From NCBI GenBank assembly GCA_965222615.1, contig CBDCUI010000007.1:512001-576000 (forward strand): a stretch of 64,000 nt of DNA. Reading direction: 5' to 3'. Both the position numbers and the translations under genes were made by a program. Within the stretch, counting starts at the first letter, position 1. The number at the start of each line of letters is the position of its first letter. The DNA is from Gammaproteobacteria bacterium (GTDB lineage Bacteria; Pseudomonadota; Gammaproteobacteria; UBA4575). Shown one piece after another: positions 1-10,217 of the stretch. The notes below the pieces were generated by a model. The model had not been told where the DNA came from, did not search any database, and was given only the letters and a program-made list of their open reading frames with translations.

Positions 1-1
1 T

Positions 2-394
2 CCTAAATTTGACATTATTGATTTACTTCGGGGCAAAACTAAATTAGAGGATATCTTAGTAACTCCACATATAAATCGACTGACATTACTAACTGGAAAG
101 CGATCTTATGAAAACTCATCTGAGCTACTTGGAACTAAGGAAGTGATGAGGCTTATCTTAAGAATTAAGAACCGATATCCAGAGCGTATTGTTGTTATTG
201 ATGCCCCACCTATTTTAGGTTGTGACGATGTAGAAACCATGTCAAGATACGTAGATGCTGGTCTTATTGTAGTAAATCATGACACATATAAACATGAGCT
301 ACTAGATGCTATGGAACGTATCAGAGATATCAAAATAGTTGGTCATGTAATAAATCGATCAAAAGAAGCACGATTCAATCGGTATTATTATTAA
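2..394 (+). CDS. CpsD/CapB (Wzc-like) bacterial tyrosine kinase, C-terminal part (5' truncated by window edge)
   Basis: Frame of ORF 143..394 stays open back to base 2 (PKFDIIDLLRG...NSSELLG); Walker B-type VVIDAPP; C-terminal Tyr cluster RYYY. Confidence 0.8.
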   Translation, partial: PKFDIIDLLRGKTKLEDILVTPHINRLTLLTGKRSYENSSELLGTKEVMRLILRIKNRYPERIVVIDAPPILGCDDVETMSRYVDAGLIVVNHDTYKHELLDAMERIRDIKIVGHVINRSKEARFNRYYY

Positions 395-523
395 TCACTA
401 CAAAAGTAGTTCTACGAATTTCTCTAACTCTATATTACTAATAAATTAATCAGTGTGTGTTAACTGGTATTAAGATGATTTTTTAGAAATGACTTAAAAT
501 AATACGGTTAGGGAGAGGTATTA

Positions 524-1741
524 TTGATAAGACATAACAAAGCAATCGACTATACTAAGTTCGCACTATTAATATTTATATTCCTAGCTGCAACGGAATC
601 TTTTAGTCGCACAGGATCCTCAACATTATTCTGGTTTGCAATTTATGCAACGGTATCTTTTTTCATTGCCGCCGATTTAGATAGCACATTAGATACACTA
701 CGCAGAAATTGGATTGTAGTATTAACACCTATAATAGCTCTGATTTCCGTATTTTGGAGTCCAGTTCCAGCATGGACATTCAGAGCCTCAATACAATTGC
801 TATTTTCTGTAATAATTGGTGTTTGGATCGGAATGACATTTCAAGCATCAACAATTTATAAGGCATTGGTAATAGCCACGGGTATTGGGATTATTGCTTC
901 CTTGTTAAATTACCATTTTGGATTCATACCTGCATTTGATAGAGAAGATTACATTGGAGCTGAACAATATTTCGTTGGTATATACACGCAAAAAAATGTA
1001 TTGGGAAAGGTATTTGATCTTTTTGGTATTAGCCTGTTAATCATTGCAATTCGATCTGGGAAAGTTTGGCTAGGACTACCTATTCTATTAGCTCTCACCA
1101 TTCCACTACTTGAAGTAAAATCTGCATCTTCGTTAGTTGCTTATTTTATTATCCTTACATTGCCAATTTTATGGTGGATAAAGAAAAATGTGGTAAGTAT
1201 TGCATTACTATTTGTAGTTTCTATATTTATTAGTTTACTAATTATTTTTATAGCAACTACTGGAAGTGTTGATGTGCTTGAAAATGCATTAACAATGCTG
1301 GGTAAAGATACTACTTTTACTGGCCGAACATTACTCTGGGAGGCAGGCGGCAAGATCATCGCTGAAAATCCAATTCTTGGAGTGGGATTTCAAGCATACT
1401 GGCAACCAGGCCAATTTATGGACACTAAAGGCTTTCTAATTACAATAGTCGAAGGTTTAAATGGCTTCCATAACGTTTATATAGAAGTTTTAGTTGGGAC
1501 AGGGTTAATTGGCTTAATAGCATATCTTGGACTTCACATAACTGTAATTACTCAAACTATTCGTTGGGCTTCTCATAATAGTTCCGCGGAGGGATTGGGT
1601 ACAATTTATTTGGTACTAATAACAATATTACTCTCTTTTTTTGATGTTATTGCATACAGGCAACATGAAATATTTTTCATACTATTGATAGTAGTAATAA
1701 CTATGACATCAAGACCATTACAAACAGATTTAAAATCATAA
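524..1741 (+). CDS. Wzy_C/O-antigen ligase-family polysaccharide polymerase (ExoQ-like)
   Basis: Multi-TM; motifs QKNxLG, GKDTTFTGRTLLW, PILGVGFQAYW, HNVYIE; EPS cluster context. Confidence 0.8.
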   Translation: MIRHNKAIDYTKFALLIFIFLAATESFSRTGSSTLFWFAIYATVSFFIAADLDSTLDTLRRNWIVVLTPIIALISVFWSPVPAWTFRASIQLLFSVIIGVWIGMTFQASTIYKALVIATGIGIIASLLNYHFGFIPAFDREDYIGAEQYFVGIYTQKNVLGKVFDLFGISLLIIAIRSGKVWLGLPILLALTIPLLEVKSASSLVAYFIILTLPILWWIKKNVVSIALLFVVSIFISLLIIFIATTGSVDVLENALTMLGKDTTFTGRTLLWEAGGKIIAENPILGVGFQAYWQPGQFMDTKGFLITIVEGLNGFHNVYIEVLVGTGLIGLIAYLGLHITVITQTIRWASHNSSAEGLGTIYLVLITILLSFFDVIAYRQHEIFFILLIVVITMTSRPLQTDLKS

Positions 1742-1776
1742 TTACTAGGTAAAGTCGCAAAAGGAAAATTTTTCAA

Positions 1777-2931
1777 ATGGCCGCAGCACTAACATTTTCA
1801 TCCATATTGTTAATGCTGATATTTTTGTATCCATATTTAATTTATCCAATAATACTAAAATTACTACCTAAACAAAAAATTAACTACTCAGATAAAAATT
1901 CAATGAGCAATAATAAAGTTGCACTGTTATTTTGTGCCTATAATGAAGAAAATGCATTGTCTCAAAAACTAGCAAACTTAAAAATAATAAAGGATAAACA
2001 TCCAGACATAGAAATATTTGCTTATTCTGATTGTAGTACTGATGCTACTGACAAGATGTTAAATGACGCTGAAGATCTATTAACATTCACTCGAGGCAAA
2101 AAACGCATGGGCAAAGTAATGGGAATGCAGAAATTAGTATCTATGACCGATGCGGATATACTTATATTTACAGATGCAAATGTTATGATCGAGCCAGATA
2201 GTGTTTCTAAGTTGCTACATTACTTCTCATGTCCAGATATTGGCGCCGTTGCTTGTACATTAATATATAAAAGTCCGACAGAAAACTTTACAACTGCAAC
2301 CTCCGAAGTAAACAGTCTATATTGGAAGCTAGAGGAGCATATTAAAAAACTAGAAAGTGAAACGGGCTCAACAATGGGGGCAGATGGCGCTTTTTTTGCA
2401 CGCCGTAGTATTGGTTATCCCAATTTGGCTGCAGATTTAGTTGACGACATGGCAGCATCAATATCTGTTATATTTGATAATATGCAAATGCGCTGCATAT
2501 CAGCGCCTGATGTAATAGCTTATGAACACTCTATAAGCGATAGTGATGAAGAATTTCAAAGAAAAAAACGCATTGCTTGTGGTTCATATAGCACTTATCG
2601 CTTTTTAAAACCAGAAATTAGTCGGCTTCCATTTAAAGACAAATTTAAATTCTACTCACATAAAGTAATGCGCTGGTGGGGGGCTGCCTATCTACTTGTT
2701 GCTCTTGTTTGTTTATTCGCTAGTATTTCTATGTTCGGTTATGGTTTAACGTTTTTAAGTTTTTTATTAGTAGCGCTACCCACTTTTTGGGTACTAGCTA
2801 AAGCTAAAATACCATTTTTCTCATCTATTTATGAAATTTTACGAGCAGTTTTTGCAACAGGAATCGGAGTAGTAGAATCGCTTTGTGGGAAAAAGTACCA
2901 CACGTGGGAACCTGCAGATAGTCGTAACTAA
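1777..2931 (+). CDS. GT2 glycosyltransferase with N- and C-terminal TM segments
   Basis: AYNEE, SDCSTD, FTDAN (DxD-like), GADGA motifs. Confidence 0.85.
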   Translation: MAAALTFSSILLMLIFLYPYLIYPIILKLLPKQKINYSDKNSMSNNKVALLFCAYNEENALSQKLANLKIIKDKHPDIEIFAYSDCSTDATDKMLNDAEDLLTFTRGKKRMGKVMGMQKLVSMTDADILIFTDANVMIEPDSVSKLLHYFSCPDIGAVACTLIYKSPTENFTTATSEVNSLYWKLEEHIKKLESETGSTMGADGAFFARRSIGYPNLAADLVDDMAASISVIFDNMQMRCISAPDVIAYEHSISDSDEEFQRKKRIACGSYSTYRFLKPEISRLPFKDKFKFYSHKVMRWWGAAYLLVALVCLFASISMFGYGLTFLSFLLVALPTFWVLAKAKIPFFSSIYEILRAVFATGIGVVESLCGKKYHTWEPADSRN

Positions 2932-2933
2932 AC

Positions 2934-4094
2934 ATGGAGGGCCGCGGTACTAAATTGAGGAATATACGCCTCGTATATTTTGGCCACAATCGTAAGGATG
3001 TGGCTTTAATTAGACGTATTAATTCCTTCCAGGAAATTGGTATCAAAATAACCAGCTACACATTTCGGCGTGATGGTGAACCCAGCAAGCCTGCCCCCCC
3101 CTGGGAAAACGTTGATCTTGGCTATGTGGAACATGCGCAGTTACTTGCACGGGTAAAAGTTTTGCTCTTAGCGTTAGTACGACTTATACAACACAAAAGA
3201 GGTTTGCGTAACGCAGATATCATTTATGCTCGTAATCTAGATATGGCGATTTTGGCTTGGATATCAATGGCCATAATGCGTCTGACATCTGCTCAATTTG
3301 TGTATGAATGCCTTGATGTTCATGAATCATTAACTAAACAGGGACTACTTGCAAAAATTCTTCGATGGCTAGAACGAATAATATTGAAAAGAGCAAAGTT
3401 ATTAGTAGTAAGCTCGCCTGGCTTTATTCAATATTACTTTAAGCCATATCAAAACTATGATGGGGCATATTATTTGCTTGAAAACAAAATTCACTTTCAT
3501 AAAAACATAATAAAGCGCCCAAATATTAATTCTGTAGCGTCGCATGCAGACAAACCTATCATTTTAGTCTGGGCTGGAATTCTACGCTGCCAAAAAACAT
3601 TAGATGTACTAAAACAGTTAGCCTATTCGGCACAAGAAAACATCTATGTACGATTGCATGGAGTCATATCGGAATTTTTAATACCAGATTTCAAAAATCA
3701 AATAAAAGACATAATTAATATTGAATATATGGGGCCATATATTTGGCCAGATGGTCTTCAAGAAGTGTACAAAGATGCTGATATGGTATGGGCTCAAGAA
3801 TTATCGTGGAGGGGATATAACTCTGATTGGTTGATTCCGAACAGAGTATATGAGGCTAGTTACTTCGGTGTTCCTTCAATCGGAATAGCTGGCACACAAA
3901 CATCGAGAATGATAAAGGAACGGGCATTAGGATATGTGTTTGATGAAAGAGACTTGAGAAATCTAGCAGTTTTAATTACATCAATTAGCAAAAATGAACT
4001 AGAGAATAAAAAAAAGGAATTACTAAGCCGACCTAATCAAGAATTTGTTTCAAACAAAAATGACGCAGAATCATTAATCAATGCTATTATTTAA
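2934..4094 (+). CDS. exoL: Glycosyltransferase, succinoglycan ExoL-like
   Basis: YFGH...RRI...FRR, IYARNLDM, VYECLDVH, NSDWLIPNRVYE resemble ExoL-family motifs. Confidence 0.7.
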   Translation: MEGRGTKLRNIRLVYFGHNRKDVALIRRINSFQEIGIKITSYTFRRDGEPSKPAPPWENVDLGYVEHAQLLARVKVLLLALVRLIQHKRGLRNADIIYARNLDMAILAWISMAIMRLTSAQFVYECLDVHESLTKQGLLAKILRWLERIILKRAKLLVVSSPGFIQYYFKPYQNYDGAYYLLENKIHFHKNIIKRPNINSVASHADKPIILVWAGILRCQKTLDVLKQLAYSAQENIYVRLHGVISEFLIPDFKNQIKDIINIEYMGPYIWPDGLQEVYKDADMVWAQELSWRGYNSDWLIPNRVYEASYFGVPSIGIAGTQTSRMIKERALGYVFDERDLRNLAVLITSISKNELENKKKELLSRPNQEFVSNKNDAESLINAII

Positions 4095-4246
4095 AATATA
4101 AAACAAAACACATAAGCACATTCAGTTTTATAATTACGTAAAATAGATTTAAATTGAAAAACATCCATATTTTGCAACTGTGGATGTACCTCTAGTATCG
4201 ATAATGTAATATCTCACAGTTTTGTTTTTTATATAGGCATACCAAC

Positions 4247-5545
4247 TTGATTAAAGATTTCAAAAAAATTGTGGGAGTGTCTGGCTTAGTTATTGCTGCT
4301 CGTGTAACAGGCATGTTGCTTGCATTAGCATGGGTTATATTAATTACTCGTAATATCGATGTTAATCACGTAGGTCAACTGATTTTTGGTATTTCTCTGA
4401 GTAATTTATTGGCCATATTTGTATCATTAAATATGGGTGCAGTGGCAATAAAATTTATCCCTTCATATAACGCGAGTGACAAAACTAATTATGTAAGAGG
4501 TTATTTAAATGCAGCAAATTATCTCGTCATAATAATTGCAGTAGTTATTACAGTTCTTGTAGCTGGCTTTTATTTCTGGGAACAACGAATTTCTTCTGAA
4601 ATTATTCCAATATATATCTTAATAAGCCTTTTGTCTGCGCCTTTACTTGGATGGATTCAATTACAAGCAAATTATATGCGAGCATTTGAAAAGATTTTAC
4701 TTTCAGTTGTTCCTACTTTTTTATTGCAACCGATAATAATGCTGATTCTGATATGGGTAGGTCTTGAAATGGATCTACTTGCTCGAGCAGATCAATTAAT
4801 GCTTGTATATTTTACAACTCTTTTAATAGTCTTCTTTGCACAATATATAATGTTTCAAAGTACTCTGAGCAGTAGAACAAATGATAAAGCAAATTATTCA
4901 GAACTAAAGAGTTGGTTAATACAATCACTGCAACTAATCGTACCTCTTTTATTCTTACAGAATGCTGCTCAAACAATAGTTGTATTATCAGGAGGTGTGC
5001 TCACTGAGGAAGAGATTGCAGTATCAGGAGTAATTTTACGAATAATGTCATTATTACTGTTTAGCGTCGGCTCCATAACAATGGCAACAAGCCCTAAGCT
5101 ATCAAGAGAAGTTCATTTAAAGAATGACGCAGCTGTAACTCATACTTTAGTAATCAGCAGTTTGATAAAGGCCTTAATTGTACTACTTGGATTTCTCTCA
5201 ATATTTTGGTTTGGAGAATTTATTTTAAGATTTTTTGGAGATCAATACATTGTTGGCCACACAGCGCTATTAATCTTAACTTTTGTGCCTATTGTAACTG
5301 CTGTATTTGGACCAGTCGTGCTTTTTGTAAATTTATTGAACTTGCACCTGTATTCTTTAGGGGTATTTATAATCACTATGATTTTATTGGCCATATTGAT
5401 ACTTGTGCTGGGTAAGACCTATGGAGTAGAAGGCCAAGCATATGCAGTATTGATTGCTTGGATATTTTGGAACACGTGTTTATATACAATTGTACGAATT
5501 AAGGGTAGTTATGACATATCTATATTTAACTTATTTTCTAGATAA
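4247..5545 (+). CDS. Wzx-family polysaccharide flippase
   Basis: About 12 hydrophobic segments, MOP/PST-like organisation, EPS cluster context. Confidence 0.8.
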   Translation: MIKDFKKIVGVSGLVIAARVTGMLLALAWVILITRNIDVNHVGQLIFGISLSNLLAIFVSLNMGAVAIKFIPSYNASDKTNYVRGYLNAANYLVIIIAVVITVLVAGFYFWEQRISSEIIPIYILISLLSAPLLGWIQLQANYMRAFEKILLSVVPTFLLQPIIMLILIWVGLEMDLLARADQLMLVYFTTLLIVFFAQYIMFQSTLSSRTNDKANYSELKSWLIQSLQLIVPLLFLQNAAQTIVVLSGGVLTEEEIAVSGVILRIMSLLLFSVGSITMATSPKLSREVHLKNDAAVTHTLVISSLIKALIVLLGFLSIFWFGEFILRFFGDQYIVGHTALLILTFVPIVTAVFGPVVLFVNLLNLHLYSLGVFIITMILLAILILVLGKTYGVEGQAYAVLIAWIFWNTCLYTIVRIKGSYDISIFNLFSR

Positions 5546-5622
5546 CTCAGTATTATTGGTAAATAAGGTACTAGTTAAAACTACTAAAGAAGCTACAATT
5601 TCGTAAAATCAAAAATGTAGTT

Positions 5623-6474
5623 ATGAAACAGGATAACAACACTTTACCAGATTTTATTGTAATCGGCGCAATGCGATGTGCAACAACAACTTTATACAAC
5701 TACCTATCAGCTCATCCTGAAATTGGAATATCTCGTAAAAAAGAAACTGATTACTACATTAAAGAAAAAAATTATCATTTAGGCATTAAATGGTATAGCA
5801 ACCAGTTTTCAGATGGTTACAAATGCTATGGAGAAGTTTCACCAAACTATACTAAGTCTAGAGATTTTAAAGGCGTACCTGAACGAATTATCGGAGACAA
5901 TCCGAAATGTAAATTTATATATGTTGTGCGAGACCCTGTTGACAGGTTTATCTCACAGTATACTCATTCTTTATTTATGGGGGAAAAACTACCCGAGCCG
6001 AACAAACTATATCAGACTGAAAATTGGAACCACATCTTAGATGCCAGTCTTTATCACAAACAAATATCAGAGTACCTGCGATATGTAGAAATGGAAAATA
6101 TATGTATATTAGATTACGATAAACTCGTAACACAACCATTAATAGTACTTGAAATATTATCAAAGTTTTTAAACGTCTCCAATAAATGGGATAAAATTAA
6201 TGTGCAACAGGCAAATAGTTCTGTTGAACTTGCGCACACTAGAAAATGGATTCTCGAATTATCAAATAACAGCTTTATAAAACGCTATCGCCATTATATT
6301 CCTGTAGATATTATTAATGGTGTAAAAAAAATATCTGGCACTTCAAAAGGTAGGGATAAACCAGAATTTAGTGCTGATTTAAAAAAACTGATATATGAAT
6401 CAGTAAAGGACGACAGTCAAAAATTTAAAAAGGCTTTTGGATTATCGAATGATAAGTGGTTATATAAATTTTAA
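5623..6474 (+). CDS. PAPS-dependent sulfotransferase (Sulfotransfer_1/3 type)
   Basis: LPDFIVIGAMRCATTTL (5'-PSB loop), GEVSPNY, VVRDPVDRFISQY (3'-PB). Confidence 0.85.
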   Translation: MKQDNNTLPDFIVIGAMRCATTTLYNYLSAHPEIGISRKKETDYYIKEKNYHLGIKWYSNQFSDGYKCYGEVSPNYTKSRDFKGVPERIIGDNPKCKFIYVVRDPVDRFISQYTHSLFMGEKLPEPNKLYQTENWNHILDASLYHKQISEYLRYVEMENICILDYDKLVTQPLIVLEILSKFLNVSNKWDKINVQQANSSVELAHTRKWILELSNNSFIKRYRHYIPVDIINGVKKISGTSKGRDKPEFSADLKKLIYESVKDDSQKFKKAFGLSNDKWLYKF

Positions 6475-6592
6475 ATTATATTCAAGGTAGCGCATTATCA
6501 GCTTATTTCACTTTATTCTAACTATGTGTTAATGCTTTATCTTGAGCAATGACAACTTTTTTATCTTCTTTTGCTAAAAATTAATAACCGAG

Positions 6593-7495
6593 TTAGTAAA
6601 GCTCTTTTTCTGATAAGTTAAGCACTCCGGCTAAAACCCCTCTGTGAAAATGCGCTCTAAGATGCCAATATTTCGATGCTGTTTCATCTCCTCGCTTCAA
6701 TAACGCACCAACAAAACAATAAAGGACTTTACAAACTGAAACAATTCCTAATCGTGAACGTATTAGTAATGTAAAATCAGTAGTGCTGTGATAAGCATAG
6801 GATTGCCCTGAACGAAATTTGCGTTTTTTAATCCAGTTAAAGTTAAGTCTCTCAGGACCTACAGGTTCATAAACTACTGCATCTTCACAAATTTCCATTT
6901 TTGCCCCCATACGCCATAAGCGAAAAAAAAATTCAGTGTCTTCCCCTCCTGAACGTCCTTTTTCTAATAAAAATCTTTGTTTGCGAAAATCTTCACGCTT
7001 CCAATTAACAAGGGCATTACAAGTATGTCCAGTTTGCACTACTCCATTACGGCTAATAGGTATATTGGAGTGATAATTCCCCTCGCGTATCCAATTTGGT
7101 GTGGAATTGGGATATTGTGCATATGCTGGACCAAATATTACGTCTGCACCGGTTTTTTCTGCACAGTTAACAAGATTCATTAACCAATCTGGAGAGGCAA
7201 TTTCATCATCATCGATAAAAGCCAACCAATCCACATTAACATCCGCATGGTCAAGACTCGCATTGCGTGCGATGGAAATATTTTGTTTAGGCGCATGGAT
7301 ATACCTTATCTTCAATTCAGAAGCAGCAGCATAATTTTCTACAAGTTCACGCGCACTGTCGGTTTTGTCATTATCAACAACGATGACACGTATTGATATG
7401 TTATTTGGTAAATATTGACAAGTGAGCGATTGAAGAGCATGTAAAATTTCTGGCCTACGATAAGTACACATACAGATGTCAATATGTATTGTCAT
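6593..7495 (-). CDS. exoM: GT2 glucosyltransferase, succinoglycan ExoM-like
   Basis: IDICMCTYRR, VVDND, NISIARNA, AFIDDDE, GRSGGEDTEFF. Confidence 0.75.
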   Translation of the reverse strand: MTIHIDICMCTYRRPEILHALQSLTCQYLPNNISIRVIVVDNDKTDSARELVENYAAASELKIRYIHAPKQNISIARNASLDHADVNVDWLAFIDDDEIASPDWLMNLVNCAEKTGADVIFGPAYAQYPNSTPNWIREGNYHSNIPISRNGVVQTGHTCNALVNWKREDFRKQRFLLEKGRSGGEDTEFFFRLWRMGAKMEICEDAVVYEPVGPERLNFNWIKKRKFRSGQSYAYHSTTDFTLLIRSRLGIVSVCKVLYCFVGALLKRGDETASKYWHLRAHFHRGVLAGVLNLSEKELY

Positions 7496-7848
7496 TTAAA
7501 ACTTAATTTATGTGGGTTTCAAAAAGAAATTTAACAAATAGTTATATAAATTAATGGGCAATTAACCAACAATAATCATAATTTATTTCTGAAAATAAAA
7601 ACTAATTCCATTTAATTCGTTAAATTTACCTTATAATCAATTGTGTCAATTTTGGTAAGATAATTCATAGTACTATCATATTATACTAATAGGTAGCAGA
7701 ATCCCTTGAGTTTACATGGTTACAAAACAAAAATAATATGGATTACTAACATAGTGTATAGCTTTTATAAACAATGTTTTGCTATCGGCAAGATTCTCGT
7801 TACACTTTTAATCTTGATTTAAATACATCACAACATATAAAGAAATAA

Positions 7849-8970
7849 ATGTTTTTTAAATTAGAATCGTTACGCGGTGTTGCGGCATGCCTTGTGATAC
7901 TTTTCCATTCTCCATTTAATTATGGAGAAGAACCTCTTACATTTACTGTCAATAGTTATTTATTCGTAGATTTCTTCTTTGTTTTATCTGGGTTTGTAAT
8001 GTCATTCGCCTATACCGATAAGATCAATAATAGTATGTCGTTCGGCTCATATATTGCATTGAGATTAGGAAGAATCTATCCGCTACACATCTTTATGCTC
8101 TTTGTTTGGCTTTCATACCTCTTACTGATGCAGTACCTCTATATATCTGGATTCGGAGGCGGCGATCAATTTGAAGGTTCTAATAATAATGTATTTACCT
8201 TTTTTACAAATATAGCGCTTCTACACTCAATGGGAATTCATGATTTTTTAAGCTGGAATTATCCGAGCTGGAGTATTAGCACAGAATTTTTTGCATATGT
8301 GGCTTTTTTTATTTTTACAGTAACTCTAGATAAGAGTAAAAATATAATATTCCCTGTCGTTGTTTCATTTATCTGTTATATGTTTTTGTTCAGCCTTAAT
8401 CGAGAAAATTTTGATATAACATATGATTTTGGATTTATAAGATGTTTAGGTGCATTTTATCTAGGTGTGCTTGTTTACCGCTTGAAATTAAAAGTCCATT
8501 TAGACCTATCTAACATCGGCATACTAAGATTATTAGAAATTTTAGTTATCGTTATATCGGTAATTATGGTTCTACGATCAGAGGACGGTCCTGAATTTTT
8601 ACTCTTGTCTGTACTCAGCTTTGCATTAATTATTATGATTTTTTCCAACAAGCTATCTGGCTACTTAGGCAATCTATTAGAAAGTAGTATATTTAGAAAG
8701 TTAGGATTGTGGTCATACTCTATTTACATGTGGCATGCAATAGTACTAGCTCTGATTGGTAATGTTCTGAAAAATATTTTTAATTTTAATATCGATATAG
8801 CATTGGGCGCACAAGCCATTGCGTTAAATTGTTTTGTTTTACTTACAACAATAGCTTTGTCTAAATTCTCCTATGAATATATAGAAAATAAATTTCGAGG
8901 TCTGGTAAAAAACAAAGTGCGTGAATATGATAAATCTATGCAGCCAATTTCTAAATCAGCATCTGACTAA
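7849..8970 (+). CDS. Acyltransferase-3 family (OafA/ExoZ-like) polysaccharide O-acyltransferase
   Basis: LESLRGVAACLVILFH, VDFFFVLSGFVM, WSISTEFFAY, SYSIYMWH. Confidence 0.9.
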   Translation: MFFKLESLRGVAACLVILFHSPFNYGEEPLTFTVNSYLFVDFFFVLSGFVMSFAYTDKINNSMSFGSYIALRLGRIYPLHIFMLFVWLSYLLLMQYLYISGFGGGDQFEGSNNNVFTFFTNIALLHSMGIHDFLSWNYPSWSISTEFFAYVAFFIFTVTLDKSKNIIFPVVVSFICYMFLFSLNRENFDITYDFGFIRCLGAFYLGVLVYRLKLKVHLDLSNIGILRLLEILVIVISVIMVLRSEDGPEFLLLSVLSFALIIMIFSNKLSGYLGNLLESSIFRKLGLWSYSIYMWHAIVLALIGNVLKNIFNFNIDIALGAQAIALNCFVLLTTIALSKFSYEYIENKFRGLVKNKVREYDKSMQPISKSASD

Positions 8971-9013
8971 GTTATTATTTATATACTGCATTTTGTTATA
9001 TAAGACAGAATAA

Positions 9014-9892
9014 TTACTTAAAATGCTTGTCATACGCAAATTTGTACAGCTCAATATCATATTGGCAGAGTCTCTCAATTTTTTTCAATTGCTGAGGCGT
9101 AGGACTAATGCCATCTCCTTTAGCAAGGTTGTAGTGATGTATTATTGGTTTTACACCAAATTGAGCTTTAAACTGTTTGCAAAATACGTCCAGTTTATCT
9201 ATAAATCCGATGACTGAAAACTTATCCATATTTTCCTTTGCACGTTTAAGTGCCTTTAAACAATTTTCTTCTGGTATTTCAGCAATACCTGAAAAATATC
9301 GTAAATTAACTTGAGCGTGGCGACGGGCTACATCGCTATCCAGATAACTGTCTAAATCAGACAAAATAAACTCTTCAAATCTTGCAGAACGATAATTTGA
9401 AATGACCCTAGTAACCGGGTCTCTTAGTATGGTTATAAATTTATATGGCTCGCCGAAAAAGTCATCCGCTTTCTTGCTGAATAGAAAATGGCCATAAATT
9501 AACGCCATCTCTTGAGCCATATATGTCATTAGCTGAACTTCACGTAATTTAAACAGTTCTGCACAACGTGGGCCATCCTCATGTATTGTTGTAATATCAT
9601 TTTTACCAGCAAATTCAACTCCAGCTGCCTTTCTTGTAGATATTGCATCTATTGCACCGATATGTTGGTTAAGCGGAACAATTGCTCTTAGTGCTTCGTG
9701 CACTGATGATCCTCCAGATTTAGGAATATGCATATAGCAGCAATAATGTTTTAATCGTTTCCCCAGCATCATTCTTGTTATACGTGGAACATATATTCTA
9801 AGTCTACGCAGAGTTTTACTGTTGGTCATGTTAATTACATCGTTATTGCTATAAATGTAAGTATTATTTTTAATCCGTTTACATACAAACAA
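9014..9892 (-). CDS. Sulfotransferase family 2 protein (true start probably at a downstream ATG)
   Basis: HIPKSGGSS (PAPS loop), ITILRDPVTRVISNY, C-terminal DIELY. Confidence 0.8.
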   Translation of the reverse strand: MFVCKRIKNNTYIYSNNDVINMTNSKTLRRLRIYVPRITRMMLGKRLKHYCCYMHIPKSGGSSVHEALRAIVPLNQHIGAIDAISTRKAAGVEFAGKNDITTIHEDGPRCAELFKLREVQLMTYMAQEMALIYGHFLFSKKADDFFGEPYKFITILRDPVTRVISNYRSARFEEFILSDLDSYLDSDVARRHAQVNLRYFSGIAEIPEENCLKALKRAKENMDKFSVIGFIDKLDVFCKQFKAQFGVKPIIHHYNLAKGDGISPTPQQLKKIERLCQYDIELYKFAYDKHFK

Positions 9893-10217
9893 TTATTTTT
9901 TGAATGAGTTATATCAGATATTTATGTGGCTAATTTACAAATCAATATAGTTGCCAATTACAACAAGCTCATAGATATTCTTAGATTTAGTGTAAATTCG
10001 TATCAAATAAACTTGATGCGATGGTAAGAATGAAAGTAACAAACAAGATAACAATTTTGCTAGATATTTACGACTATATATCTACACACACTATATAAAT
10101 GGTGTTGCCCGGATATTACCTCTAGTCAAAATAACATAGTTAAATAACAAACTCTTTAGAAAATAAATGAATATATTAAGAATCGAGAGTTTTAATAACT
10201 CTTTTTATAAAATCAGA

